A stretch of 64,000 nucleotides of DNA. It comes from Eledone cirrhosa. Its lineage: Eukaryota. The translations under genes were made by a program, and so were the position numbers. Below, one piece after another: positions 51,218-63,613 of the stretch (within the stretch, counting starts at the first letter, position 1; every line of letters begins with the position of its first letter). The DNA lies in NCBI GenBank assembly GCA_964016885.1, contig OZ024749.1, positions 12,090,001 through 12,154,000 on the forward strand. Reading direction: 5' to 3'. The notes under the pieces were generated by a model. The model was not told the DNA's origin and searched no databases. It saw only the letters and a list, made by a program, of their open reading frames with translations.

Positions 51218-54200
51218 TGTATAGTATACTAATAGTGATGTGATAGAGTATACTAATAGTGGTGAGATAGAGTATACTAATAGTGGTGAGATATAGTATA
51301 CTAATAGTGGTGAGATATAGTATACTAATAGTGGTGTAATATAGTATACTAATAGTGGTGAGATAGAGTATACTAATAGTGGTGAGATAGAGTATACTAA
51401 TAGTGGTGAGATATAGTATACTAATAGTGGTGTAATATAGTATACTAATAGTGGTGTAATATAGTATACTAATAGTGGTGTAATATAGTATACTAATAGT
51501 GGTGTAATATAGTATACTAATAGTGGTGAGATAGAGTATACTAATAGTGGTGTGATAGAGTATACTAATAGTGGTGAGATAGAGTATACTAATAGTGGTG
51601 TGATAGAGTATACTAATAGTGATGTGATAGAGTATACTAATAGTGGTGAGATAGAGTATACTAATAGTGGTGAGATAGAGTATACTAATAGTGGTGAGAT
51701 AGAGTATACTAATAGTGGTGTGATAGAGTATACTAATAGTGGTGAGAGAGTATACTAATAGTGGTGTGATAGAGTATACTAATAGTGGTGTGATAGAGTA
51801 TACTAATAGTGGTGTGATAGAGTATACTAATAGTGGTGTGATAGAGTATACTAATAGTGATGTGATAGAGTATACTAATAGTGGTGAGATAGAGTATACT
51901 AATAGTGGTGAGATAGAGTATACTAATAGTGGTGTGATAGAGTATACTAATAGTGGTGAGAGAGTATACTAATAGTGGTGTGATAGAGTATACTAATAGT
52001 GGTGAGATAGAGTATACTAATAGTGGTGAGATAGAGTATACTAATAGTGGTGAGATAGAGTATACTAATAGTGGTGAGATAGAGTATACTAATAGTGGTG
52101 TGATAGAGTATACTAATAGTGGTGTGATAGAGTATACTAATAGTGGTGTGATAGAGTATACTAATAGTGATGTGATAGAGTATACTAATAGTGGTGAGAT
52201 AGAGTATACTAATAGTGGTGAGATAGAGTATACTAATAGTGGTGTGATAGAGTATACTAATAGTGGTGAGAGAGTATACTAATAGTGGTGTGATAGAGTA
52301 TACTAATAGTGGTGTGATAGAGTATACTAATAGTGGTGTGATAGAGTATACTAATAGTGGTGAGATAGAGTATACTAATAGTGGTGAGATAGAGTATACT
52401 AATAGTGGTGTGATAGAGTATACTAATAGTGGTGAGAGAGTATACTAATAGTGGTGTGATAGAGTATACTAATAGTGGTGAGATAGAGTATACTAATAGT
52501 GGTGAGATAGAGTATACTAATAGTGGTGTGATAGAGTATACTAATAGTGGTGAGATAGAGTATACTAATAGTGGTGAGATAGAATATACTAATAGTGGTG
52601 AGATAGAGTATACTAATAGTGGTGAGATAGAGTATACTAATAGTGATGTGATAGAGTATACTAATAGTGGTGAGATAGAGTATACTAATAGTGGTGAGAT
52701 AGAGTATACTAATAGTGGTGAGATAGAGTATACTAATAGTGATGTGATAGAGTATACTAATAGTGGTGAGATAGAGTATACTAATAGTGGTGAGATAGAG
52801 TATACTAATAGTGGTGTGATAGAGTATACTAATAGTGGTGAGATAGAGTATACTAATAGTGATGTGATAGAGTATACTAATAGTGGTGAGATAGAGTATA
52901 CTAATAGTGGTGAGATATAGTATACTAATAGTGGTGAGATATAGTATACTAATAGTGGTGAGAGAGTATACTAATAGTGGTGAGATAGAGTATACTAATA
53001 GTGGTGAGATAGAGTATACTAATAGTGGTGAGATAGAGTATACTAATAGTGGTGAGATAGAGTATACTAATAGTGGTGAGATAGAGTATACTAATAGTGG
53101 TGTGATAGAGTATACTAATAGTGGTGTGATAGAGTATACTAATAGTGGTGTGATAGAGTATACTAATAGTGGTGAGATAGAGTATACTAATAGTGGTGTT
53201 ATAGAGTATACTAATAGTGGTGAGATAGAGTATACTAATAGTGGTGAGATAGAGTATACTAATAGTGGTGAGATAGAGTATACTAATAGTGGTGAGATAG
53301 AGTATACTAATAGTGGTGAGATAGAGTATACTAATAGTGGTGAGATATAGTATACTAATAGTGGTGAGATATAGTATACTAATAGTGGTGAGATAGAGTA
53401 TACTAATAGTGGTGAGATATAGTATACTAATAGTGGTGAGATATAGTATACTAATAGTGGTGAGATAGAGTATACTAATAGTGGTGAGATAGAGTATACT
53501 AATAGTGGTGAGATAGAGTATACTAATAGTGGTGAGATAGAGTATACTAATAGTGGTGAGATAGAGTATACTAATAGTGGTGAGATAGAGTATACTAATA
53601 GTGGTGAGATAGAGTATACTAATAGTGGTGAGATATAGTATACTAATAGTGGTGAGATAGAGTATACTAATAGTGGTGTGATAGAGTATACTAATAGTGG
53701 TGAGATAGAGTATACTAATAGTGATGAGATATAGTATACTAATAGTGGTGAGATAGAGTATACTAATAGTGATGTGATAGAGTATACTAATAGTGGTGAG
53801 ATAGAGTATACTAATAGTGGTGAGATAGAGTAAACTAATAGTGGTGAGATAGAGTAAACTAATAGTGGTGAGATAGAGTATACTAATAGTGGTGAGATAG
53901 AGTATACTAATAGTGGTGAGATAGAGTATACTAATAGTGATGTGATAGAGTATACTAATAGTGGTGAGATAGAGTATACTAATAGTGATGTGATAGAGTT
54001 TACTAATAGTGGTGAGATAGAGTTTACTAATAGTGGTGAGATAGAGTATACTAATAGTGGTGAGATAGAGTAAACTAATAGTGATGAGATAGAGTATACT
54101 AATAGTGGTGTGATATAGTATACTAATAGTGGTGAGATAGAGTATACTAATAGTGGTGAGATAGAGTATACTAATAGTGGTGAGATAGAGTATACTAATA

Positions 54201-54832
54201 GTGGTGTGGTGAGATATAGTATACTAATTGTGATGTGATATAGTATACTAATAGTGATGTGATAGAGTATACTAATAGTGATGTGATATAGTATATTAAT
54301 AGTGGTGAGATAGAGTATACTAATAGTGGTGAGATAGAGTATACTAATAGTGGTGAGATAGAGTATACTAATAGTGGTGTGGTGAGATATAGTATACTAA
54401 TTGTGATGTGATATAGTATACTAATAGTGGTGAGATAGAGTATACTAATAGTGATGTGATATAGTATATTAATAGTGGTGAGATAGAGTATACTAATAGT
54501 GGTGAGATAGAGTATACTAATAGTGGTGAGATAGAGTATACTAATAGTGGTGTGGTGAGATATAGTATACTAATTGTGATGTGATATAGTATACTAATAG
54601 TGGTGAGATAGAGTATACTAATAGTGGTGAGATAGAGTATACTAATAGTGGTGTGGTGAGATATAGTATACTAATTGTGATGTGATATAGTATACTAATA
54701 GTGGTGAGATAGAGTATACTAATTGTGATGTGATATAGTATACTAATAGTGGTGAGATGGAGTATACTAATAGTGATGTGATAGAGTATACTAATAGTGG
54801 TGTGGTAGAGTATACTAATAGTGGTGTGATAT
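51218..54832 (+). repeat. 24-bp minisatellite (about 150 units)
   Basis: Unit atagagtatactaatagtggtgag, with substitution variants and 22-bp and 29-bp length variants. Confidence 0.98.
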
Positions 54833-55150
54833 AGGTAGATGTAATTGACACCATTCTATTTCCTACAGCTATTCTAAGCTTGATAATCCTGTCACTTACC
54901 CTAACTACCCCTATCACTTTATCCATTTCTCAGTTAGTAAGATACCTACACCTCCTACTCCATTGTCAGTAGAATTTATATCCAAGTTGCTTGCCTGTGA
55001 TTAGTCTCGCTGAGGCACCCCTCCATCTTGTACACAACAAACATTGACTCCTCTTCTCTCTTACAGTTCCACAATTTCACCTGATTTACCTTTCAAGGTA
55101 CCAACATTAAGGGTGGCAGCCCTGAGATTTGTACCTTGATTGGAGGTACA
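54833..55150 (-). mobile_element. RTE APE-endonuclease N-terminal fragment
   Basis: LRAATLNVGTLKGKSGEIVEL*ERRGVNVCCVQ...VVRVSDRIIKLRI. Confidence 0.85.
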
Positions 55151-55789
55151 ATATACTAGAGAGAGAGAAAGATATCAGAAAAAAGGGCTAAATTAATTAC
55201 TCAAAGAAGAGTATTTTTAGTAAAATGGAAATATACTAAAGATATGAAATTCCACTCTTTGCCATTCATCTGACAAAATAACTTAATCATGTGTGCGTGT
55301 GTGTGCGTGTGTGTGTAACAATTACAGATTTTTTAAATTGAACAAAAGCATATTGCAGCAGTGAACTTTTAATGTGAAGTGAAGAAGAATTTAAAGTGGA
55401 AGTCAATCTTATTTGTTGAAATACAATAGTGAGCAGGTGAAGGGAGATTTCTAATAGTGTAGTTATTATCTTAAATAAAACATTTTATTTCAATTCCTGA
55501 CAGGCACCAATTTGCTTCACTTAAGCTGTATTAATATCGTTGTTGGCGGCACCAAAGTTACACAATTATATTTAAGGTCTGCTGGTGGCTATGACAGAAA
55601 TCTAGAATGAAATTATCTATAATAAAAAAAAATATATAGAAATCAGATTTCTATTACAGACTAAAATGAGGAATGCTAAAAGTATATTTAGGCAGTGGAT
55701 TGGCAGTCAACATATTTGTTCTGATTGTCACTGTTCTGTGTTCAAATCTCACCAAAGTCTGCTTTCATAAGATTATATGTCAATATATT

Positions 55790-55887
55790 GCCTGAGAGAT
55801 CTACATATTATTGTCACAGACCACCCCTGAATGGCAGGCTAGAGAATGCTAGGGATAGTCTGTGACAATAATACGTAGATCGCAGGC
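55790..55887. repeat. Inverted-repeat hairpin
   Basis: gatctacatattattgtcacagac / gtctgtgacaataatacgtagatc. Confidence 0.85.
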
Positions 55888-56231
55888 CATCTTCAAATCA
55901 AATACTTTTTCTGTACTTTCTCTGTTTGTGTTTGCCATAATTCCTTTATTGATTAACTAATTATACAACCCACACCTGATGATGTCGCCAGGATCTTAAA
56001 TAACCAGGCCATTGAAATATATTTTCCTCAAAATGGATGTTAGATGTTGCATGGTTGCTGTAGGCCCTGTATGTGAGGGTATATCTGAGTACATGTATAC
56101 ATATATATATGTATGTATATATATGTGTATTTGAGAGAGTGTATGCATTTGTGTATGTATATGGATGTATGTATGTGTGTTTGTATATGTGCATGCGTAT
56201 ATGCATGTATTTATATATATATATATATATA

Positions 56232-57498
56232 ATCATCATCATCGTTTAACGTCTATCTTCCACGCTAGCGTGGGTTAGACAGCAATTGTCTCACTTGAGG
56301 CAAGATTGATTGGGTGACCGTGTCTCGCTCGTATAGGACTATCTGGCAAGTTTTCTACGGTTGGATGCCCTTCCTAACACCAACCACATTTACAGTGTTG
56401 ACTGGGAGCCTTTTTACTGTGTCTCCTACACAACCACTTTACAGTGTAGACTGGGTGCTTTTTGTCATGACACCTACACAACCACTTTACAGTGTAGACT
56501 GGGTGCTTTTTGTCATGACACCTACACGACCACTTTAGTGTGGACAGAGTGTTCTGTGGTACCAACATAACTTTACAGAGAAAGGGCGGTGTAGGTGGAA
56601 GTGGGAGGATGGAGTAGGGGTAGTGCATTGGGATATATATTTGGTTAAGAGGTGCCTACTGACTGTAAGTTTAACTTTGTACATAAGAGAAGGCGGGTCT
56701 TCTGTATTACTGTGTAGCGCCAAAGCTCTCGATCCAACGACATTGTCTTAGAGAGGTGTAATTGTGCAGGTCTGATTTTATCAAATCGTCCCTGGTTTTA
56801 CTGGGTCTATCTACTCCGTAGCTTCCATCAATTTTGATTGCTCTGCACTTTTTATACAGCTGTTGTCTTTCATTTGCATCACATGACCATACCAACGTAA
56901 TCTCCTCTCAAGTAAACAGCATCTGATCCCCCTTATTCTTAGTTTCTCACTTAGTCCGTTTATGTTTTGTCGGTGTATATTACTATTTCACATCCAATGG
57001 AGCATGCATGCTTCGTTCCTTTCCAATCTGCGCAGGTCCTCTGCACACAATGCCCATGTCTCACTGCCATGTAAAATTGCTGTTTGTATACAAGCATCAT
57101 ACAATCTGCCTTTCATTTTTAGAGAGAATATTTTTGTGACCAACAGCGGTATAAGCTCTCTGAACCTTTTCCATCCAGTTCTAACTCTGGCTTCTACTTT
57201 CAGAGCACCCTCCTCCACTGCTGTTTTGTCACTCAGGTAACAAAAAGTGTCTACTATTTCTATAGAAACATCTGGGCAGTAGAAGGAGCTAGTATCCTGT
57301 GGGCACTGGCTACTTATTGCACCTGAGCATCGGCCACATTTAAAATCTACATTCTTAGATAGCTTACCTGTAATCCCACTACATCTTTTATGTACCTATA
57401 ATTTGCATTTGGGGCATGGAATGGAATTTCTACCTACTCCTTTCCTACACACTGAGCATGACCATTTCCCATACTAGAACTTTAGTCTTAGACAAGTT
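56232..57498 (-). mobile_element. RTE family 1, 5'-truncated and decayed
   Basis: ARVRTGWKRFREL and LHGSETW motifs. The 3' UTR carries about three 48-bp modules and (GAT)n. Confidence 0.93.
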
Positions 57499-57502
57499 AT
57501 AT

Positions 57503-57885
57503 ATCATCATCATCATTTTACGTCCGCTTTTCCCTGCTTGCAAGGGTGGGACGGGAACTGATTCTGGCTTGATTTCTACAGCTGGATGCCCTTCCTGACA
57601 CCAACCTCATTTACAGTGAGTGCTGGGTGCTTTTTTTCCATGGCGCCTACACATCCACTTTACAGTGAGTGGTGGGTGCTTTTTTTGCCGTGGCACCTCC
57701 ACGACCACTTTGCAGTGGAATGATAGGGACCCCAGTCCTATCATCTCATTTCTACAGCTGAGTAAACTGGAGCAATGTGAAATAAAGTGTCTTGCTCAAG
57801 GAAACAACACATCACCTGGTCTGAGAATTGAACTCACAACCTTTCGATTGCAAAGCCAATGCTCTAACTACTAAGCCATGTGCCT
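57503..57885 (-). mobile_element. Full-length family B SINE
   Basis: Near-identical to 19308-19689. Confidence 0.93.
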
Positions 57886-57891
57886 TCACAT

Positions 57892-59098
57892 ATCATCATC
57901 ATCATCATCATCATCGTTTAACGTCCGTGTTCCACGCTTGCATGGGTTTGGACGGGGGTAGTCCCACTTGAGGCAAGAATGATTGTCTTGCTCGCATAGG
58001 ACTGTCTGGCAGGTTTTCTACAGTTGGATGCCCTTCCTAACACCAACCACATTTACAGTGTGGGTCTGGGAGGTTTTTACCGTGTTGCCTACACGGCCAC
58101 ATTACAGCGTGGACTGTGTTTTTTTGTCGTGACACCTACACGATCTCATTTGTTTCGGCCTGGATGGCGCGGCACCAACATAACTTTACATAGAACGGGG
58201 TTGTGTGGATGGGGTGGGGGTGGTGGGGGTGGGACGGGGGTGTATTTTGTTAGAGATGCCTACTGGCTGGAGTAGGTTTTACTATATATTTAGGTAAGGC
58301 GGGTCTTCTCTGTTACTGAGTACCGCCAAAGGTCTCGGTCCAGTGACATTGTCTTGGAGAGGTGTAAGTGTGTGATGTCGGAGTTTATCAGCTCGTCCCA
58401 GGTTTTTCTAGGTCTGCCTATTCCGTGACTACCGTCTATCTTTATTGCCCTGCACTTTGTTATACAGCTATCGACTTTCATGCGCATCACTTGTCCATAC
58501 CAACGTAGCCTTCTCTCGAGTAAACAACATCTGATCCCTCTTATCTCTAATTTTTTCCTTAGTTTGTTTATGCTTTGCCGTTCACGTATATTACTGTTAC
58601 ACATCCAGCGGAGCATGCAAGCTTCGTTCCTCTCTAGTCTGCGTATATCCTCTGCACACAATGCCCAGGTCTCACTGCCATGCAGCATTGCTGTTCGTAT
58701 GCAGGCATCGTACAACCTGCCTTTCATTTTTAGGGAGAACCCTTTAGCAGCTAATAGTGGTATAAGCTCTCTGAACTTTTTCCAACCAGTTCTGACTCTA
58801 GCTACAGTACTTTCAGAGCACCGTCCCCCACTGCTGATTTTATCGCCCAGGTAACGGAAGCTGTCCACTATTTCTATAGAACCCTCTGCGCAATTGAAAG
58901 AGCTAGTATTTTGTGGGCACTTGCTGCTACTTATTGCACCAGAACACCGGCCACATGTAAAATCTATGTTCTTAGTTAGCTTACCTGTGATCCCACTACA
59001 TCTTTTATGCACCCATACTTTGCATTTAGGACATAAAATGGAGTTTCTACCTACGCCTTTCCTACACACCAAGCACGACCATTTCCCAGAAGGGACCG
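57892..59098 (-). mobile_element. RTE family 1, 5'-truncated, remaining ORF open
   Basis: VPSGKWSCLVC...TEKTRLT*, then the 3' UTR and (GAT)n. Confidence 0.95.
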
Positions 59099-59117
59099 CA
59101 TATATATATATCAAATA

Positions 59118-59340
59118 TACACACAATGATGGGTTTCTACAGTTTCTGCCTACCAAGTTTCATCCACATAACATTGGTCAACCTGAGGCTATAGTAGAAG
59201 ACACTTGACTAAGATACCATACAATGAGACTGGCCTACAAGACATTGGTCAACCTGTGGCTACACTTGACCACACAGTGGAACTGAACTGAAAACCACGG
59301 TGTTGCAAAGTGAAATCCTTAACTACACCGCCATGCCTCT
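59118..59340 (-). mobile_element. Decayed third SINE family
   Basis: gaggctatagtagaagacacttg...cacagtggaactgaac matches a common octopus SINE as I recall it. Confidence 0.6.
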
Positions 59341-60837
59341 GCTTGGTAAAACATTCTATATTTGTATCTCAGACATATGGTGTAAAAGTAAAACTCCATC
59401 AGAGATATGATCTTTGTTGGGTTAGAATTTGCAGCATTCTAGAAGTGTTATCAGTTATGAAAGGAAACAGCTTCTCAAGTATAGCTCTTGTAGCTCTAAT
59501 GATCTTACGAAGATTAATGCTATGACTTGCTTTGCTCAGACTACAGAAGAATTTTTTTATTTTGAGCATGGAGTTTTTTTGTTATTTTTTTTTAAATGCT
59601 ATTGTTTTAATGATTTTAAACTTAAAAGTGCAAAATACTGTAAATGGTAAAAACTTGATTGGAAGAATGTCATGTGACCTTAATATAAATGAAATATTTT
59701 ACATAATGATGCCACGTGACCTTAATATAGATGACGTATTTTTCATAATGATGCCATGTGACCTTAATATAGATGAAGTATTTTACAAAAGATAATACTT
59801 TGTTTATTGTGTGTATTACCAACACAAGAACCTTAGGGTTCTCCCAACACCTTTTTTGGTGAGCTTATAGCCAGATGCCCTTTCAATTTTACAGAGTGTA
59901 TTGTATGTATTACCAATACTAGGGAGGTTGTCATGTCCTTAACGTAACTGTGACACTTCACATTGAAACCTACAGAAGGTGTTTGATGATGTCTGATCAG
60001 GATTTTCTTAGCTGCTTCTGTACTGGGAGTCAGACAAGATAGATGTCCATGCTGTGGTCAACCAATATCTTCTGAGTGTAATTATGTAGACAGAAACTGT
60101 TTTGGACTGTACCAGTAATTCAAAGGGTTAGGCTTGTCATAAACTCTGTCCTGCTGAGCTCTAGCTGTTTCAACAGCTAGATCTGAACTGAAACACAGGT
60201 CTTGTCTGCTCAGGGGGTATAGTCCATATATGGGCAGACAGTCTGTGCATAAATAATCTTTAATGTTCTCTTGTTTTTTTGTTTTTTGGGGGGAGTGGTC
60301 AGTGATTGTGTGCATGTGTGTGTGTGCATGGCTGTAGTCTAATGACTGAAACCCATAAAAGAATAAAAGAGGGGGGGGGGGGGGTAACACAACTTTAACT
60401 TATTATTTAGTAGTTTTCAATATCACTAAAAGTGAATTTACAAATGTGTTTCAGTACTTCTAAGAAACTGAAGAAAAATCTAAATTCCTAAATCTGAAGA
60501 AAATTGAAAAAAAAAAAAATAGAAGAATATCAATAAAAAATATGTATATAAATGAATTGATAAAGAAAGTAAAAAAAAGTAAAGAAACGTTGCAGATGTT
60601 CCTCGTAAAACCTGAAACATTGAATTCTAGAAATATTCTAATATTTTCTATGGTTTAAATCGAAGGTTCTCAACGGGGGGCAGGTAATACATACATCTAG
60701 AACCAAATACAACACACAAGCAGGTAATACATACAGCTGGGACCACATGCAATACATCAGCAGGTAGCACACACATCTGGGACCACATACAACACAGAGG
60801 CAGGTAATACATACATTTAGAACCACATACAACACAC

Positions 60838-61150
60838 ATTGTATCATGTGCTATGGACAGCACAAGAGCAATAGTCGGCCAACATAAGGGTTTCGTCACT
60901 CTTCTGAAGAGAGAAAATCCATCTGTATTTGCTGCTCATTGTGTCATTCATTGACAACACGTGACTGCGAAGAAACTCACCGAGCCACTGAGCAAGTCCT
61001 TGCAGGTGGCCATTGATGTCATCAATTTTATCAAACGCCATGCCCTCAATGAACAAATTTTCCGGCAACTGTTCCAAGATAATGACAAAGAATTTGTTGA
61101 GTTGCTCCTTCATACTGAAGTGAGGTGTCTTTCAAAAGGGATCAAATTTC
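60838..61150 (+). mobile_element. hAT (Buster/Charlie-type) transposase fragment
   Basis: CAMDSTRAIVGQHKGF...HCVIH*Q...INFIK...LLLHTEVRCLSKG (consensus HTEVRWLS). Confidence 0.88.
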
Positions 61151-61224
61151 ATTAGGGAAATCAAAGACATGCAATGATTTTTGACTTGACAGGTGAAAAG
61201 TTTATCAAGCGTTTCAATAGTGGT

Positions 61225-61510
61225 TAACTGTACATATCTATGTAGTATACATGCTAGAATGTAACAAGTGCAATCTATTTTACACAGGCAGCACTATTCG
61301 ACTGCTAAATCTCCATATTAAAGAGCATGTTAACACCAACTCCTCTTCCGCAAACACATCATCAAATGTAGAAACCATGACAACATTACCACCACAATCT
61401 TGGCTACCAAACACAGTATAGGCATGATGAGGATTAAGGAATCCCTCTTAATCAAGCAATTAAAACCTAAGATCAATAATCAAATGGAAATAAGTGCACC
61501 AGAATGGTTA
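61225..61510 (+). mobile_element. Penelope-like GIY-YIG endonuclease fragment
   Basis: YVVYMLECNKCNLFYTGSTIRLLNLHIKEH, a frameshift, then RIKESLLIKQLKPKIN. Not in the ORF track. Confidence 0.85.
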
Positions 61511-61609
61511 ATTTAAAAGCCTGTATTACAACATCCCAGTGGCGCGTTTCATTCTTTCTTTCAAATTAAATCTATGTCCTCACTAGGCAAACACAGACTC
61601 ACACACACG

Positions 61610-61840
61610 CACACACTTTATTCCACGTTGCTCCAGTTTACTTAGCCATAGAAATGGATTGCAATGTCACTGGTACCAAGCAGTATCGGCCTTAGCCTCT
61701 CCCTTGGACAACATCAGTGATGTGGAGAGGGAGACTGGTATGCATGGGTGACTGCTGGTCTTCCACAAACAGCCTCAGAGGGCAACTTTCTAGGTGCAAA
61801 TCCCATGGTTATTTGTGATTGAAGGGATTTCTTTACCCTT
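61610..61840 (+). mobile_element. SINE related to family B with a different 3' part
   Basis: cactttattccacgttgctccagtttacttagc is shared with the family B body. Confidence 0.6.
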
Positions 61841-62129
61841 ATTAAAATATATATACACATATACATTCTTTATTATGGCTAAATGATAAGTCTTGTTACT
61901 CAGAGAATCATGAGACAAGAGTTTTATGCGATAATCCTGTTAGCACAGGTGAAACCTCCAGAGTAACAGGACTTATCACTTAGCCATAAAAAAAAAGAAT
62001 ATTTAAACTCTACTTTGATATCAGCTAAATATGCTTTATTAATTAAAAAAATTTTAAATCGTAAACAAATCTATTTTAAATAGCAACAACACTACAGAGA
62101 CTTATTTAAAAATAGAAAATGAAGGGATG

Positions 62130-62895
62130 GGTTCTAGGCCTAGGGCACGGTGGTGTTGGGGCTGCACTCCATGACACCCGCTGCAACAGCCACCTCACCT
62201 TGCAGGGGCTCTTTCCTCTGATGGGCTGCTGATGTTCCAATCTTGCGGAGGAGCTCGGCAGTATGGGGTTCAAGTATGCCGGAGATCTCGACTGGTACGA
62301 AGGGGAAGCGGGCAGGCAATCCCTGATATTTGTTTCCTCTGCATTGTGGGTTTGTGACCAATTCAACTAAGTTGGAGACGGAGAACGTCTCACAACATGT
62401 GGTGTTCCAGATGAGGGATCTACCTCCTTTGAATGGGAGGAGGTTAATTCCATCGATGCACTTGCCATCTTCGTGGTTGAGGCCTGCTGGTTCCAGTTGT
62501 GATGGGTAGCTAGCTGCATCCAGGCTACTTCTCAATATGCTGTTGAGAGCAGCATGTTGGGGGAACCGGTCTGTGTTCTGGCGGCAAGACAGTGGGTGTA
62601 GGTCGAATTTGTCAATCACCTCCCAGCAATGGCATTTATGTGACTCACAAACGTGGACGCCGAGGAGTTGGGCCACTTATCAAGAAGTGTACCAGTTGAT
62701 GTGGAGGGTACTGAATTGAGCCATGCGCAGCTGTTTGGTTGAGAAGTGGAGCGGAGGCAGGCAAGGCAGTGTTGGTCCAAGCCAGACTCAATCCACATGA
62801 AGGAAGACCTGCATTTGATGTCGTCCCAGTTGCATTGGACATTTGTATACTGGGGGATAGAGAGACCTTCACCTGTCCAGTCGGCCGAAGTACTC
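62130..62895 (-). mobile_element. CRE-like non-LTR retrotransposon 3' fragment
   Basis: AWLNSVPSTSTGTLLD...CHC...DLHPLSC...QHAALN...LEPAGL...DGKCIDG...LIWNTTC. Confidence 0.85.
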
Positions 62896-62974
62896 ATTCT
62901 AATGGTTGTCAAAAATCACACGTGTGTGTGTGTGTGTACACCCACACGATTTTCATATATATGTATTTAGTGTC

Positions 62975-63613
62975 TTAACCCTTTAACATTTACATTACTC
63001 TACATTTACTATTATATTTTCACAGTAAAGGCTTTACTCTCATAACATTTACATTACTCTACATTTACTATTATATTTTCACAGTAAAGGCTTTACTCTC
63101 ATAACATTTACATTACTCTACATTTACTATTACATTTTCACAGTAAAGGCTTTACTCTCATAACATTTACATTACTCTACATTTACTATTATATTTTCAC
63201 AGTAAAGGCTTTACTCTCATAACATTTACATTACTCTACATTTACTATTACATTTTCACAGTAAAGGCTTTACTCTCATAACATTTACATTACTCTACAT
63301 TTACTATTACATTTTCACAGTAAAGGCTTTACCTCACATAACATTTACATTACTCTACATTTACTATTACATTTTCACAGTAAAGGCTTTACTCTCATAA
63401 CATTTACATTACTCTACATTTACTATTATATTTTCACAGTAAAGGCTTTACTCTCATAATTATTTCACATAATATCGAATCTATGAGATTTTTATATTTA
63501 TTTTAAGAACAATACCTTAACATTGGTATGAATGGCCAGCTATGGCCAGTTTGAACAGAAAAAGATGAGAGAATTCTGGCCATATACAGTTGGTTTAAAT
63601 GCTAAAGGGTTAA
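62975..63613. mobile_element. TTAA-flanked MITE with an internal 59-bp array (about 8 units)
   Basis: ttaa-ccctttaacattta ... taaatgctaaaggg-ttaa. Unit taacatttacattactctacatttactattatattttcacagtaaaggctttactctca. Confidence 0.9.

Noticed and set aside
51552-53350. IEYTNSG repeat ORFs
   Set aside because: 24-bp satellite with frameshifting 22-bp units and stop-containing variants.
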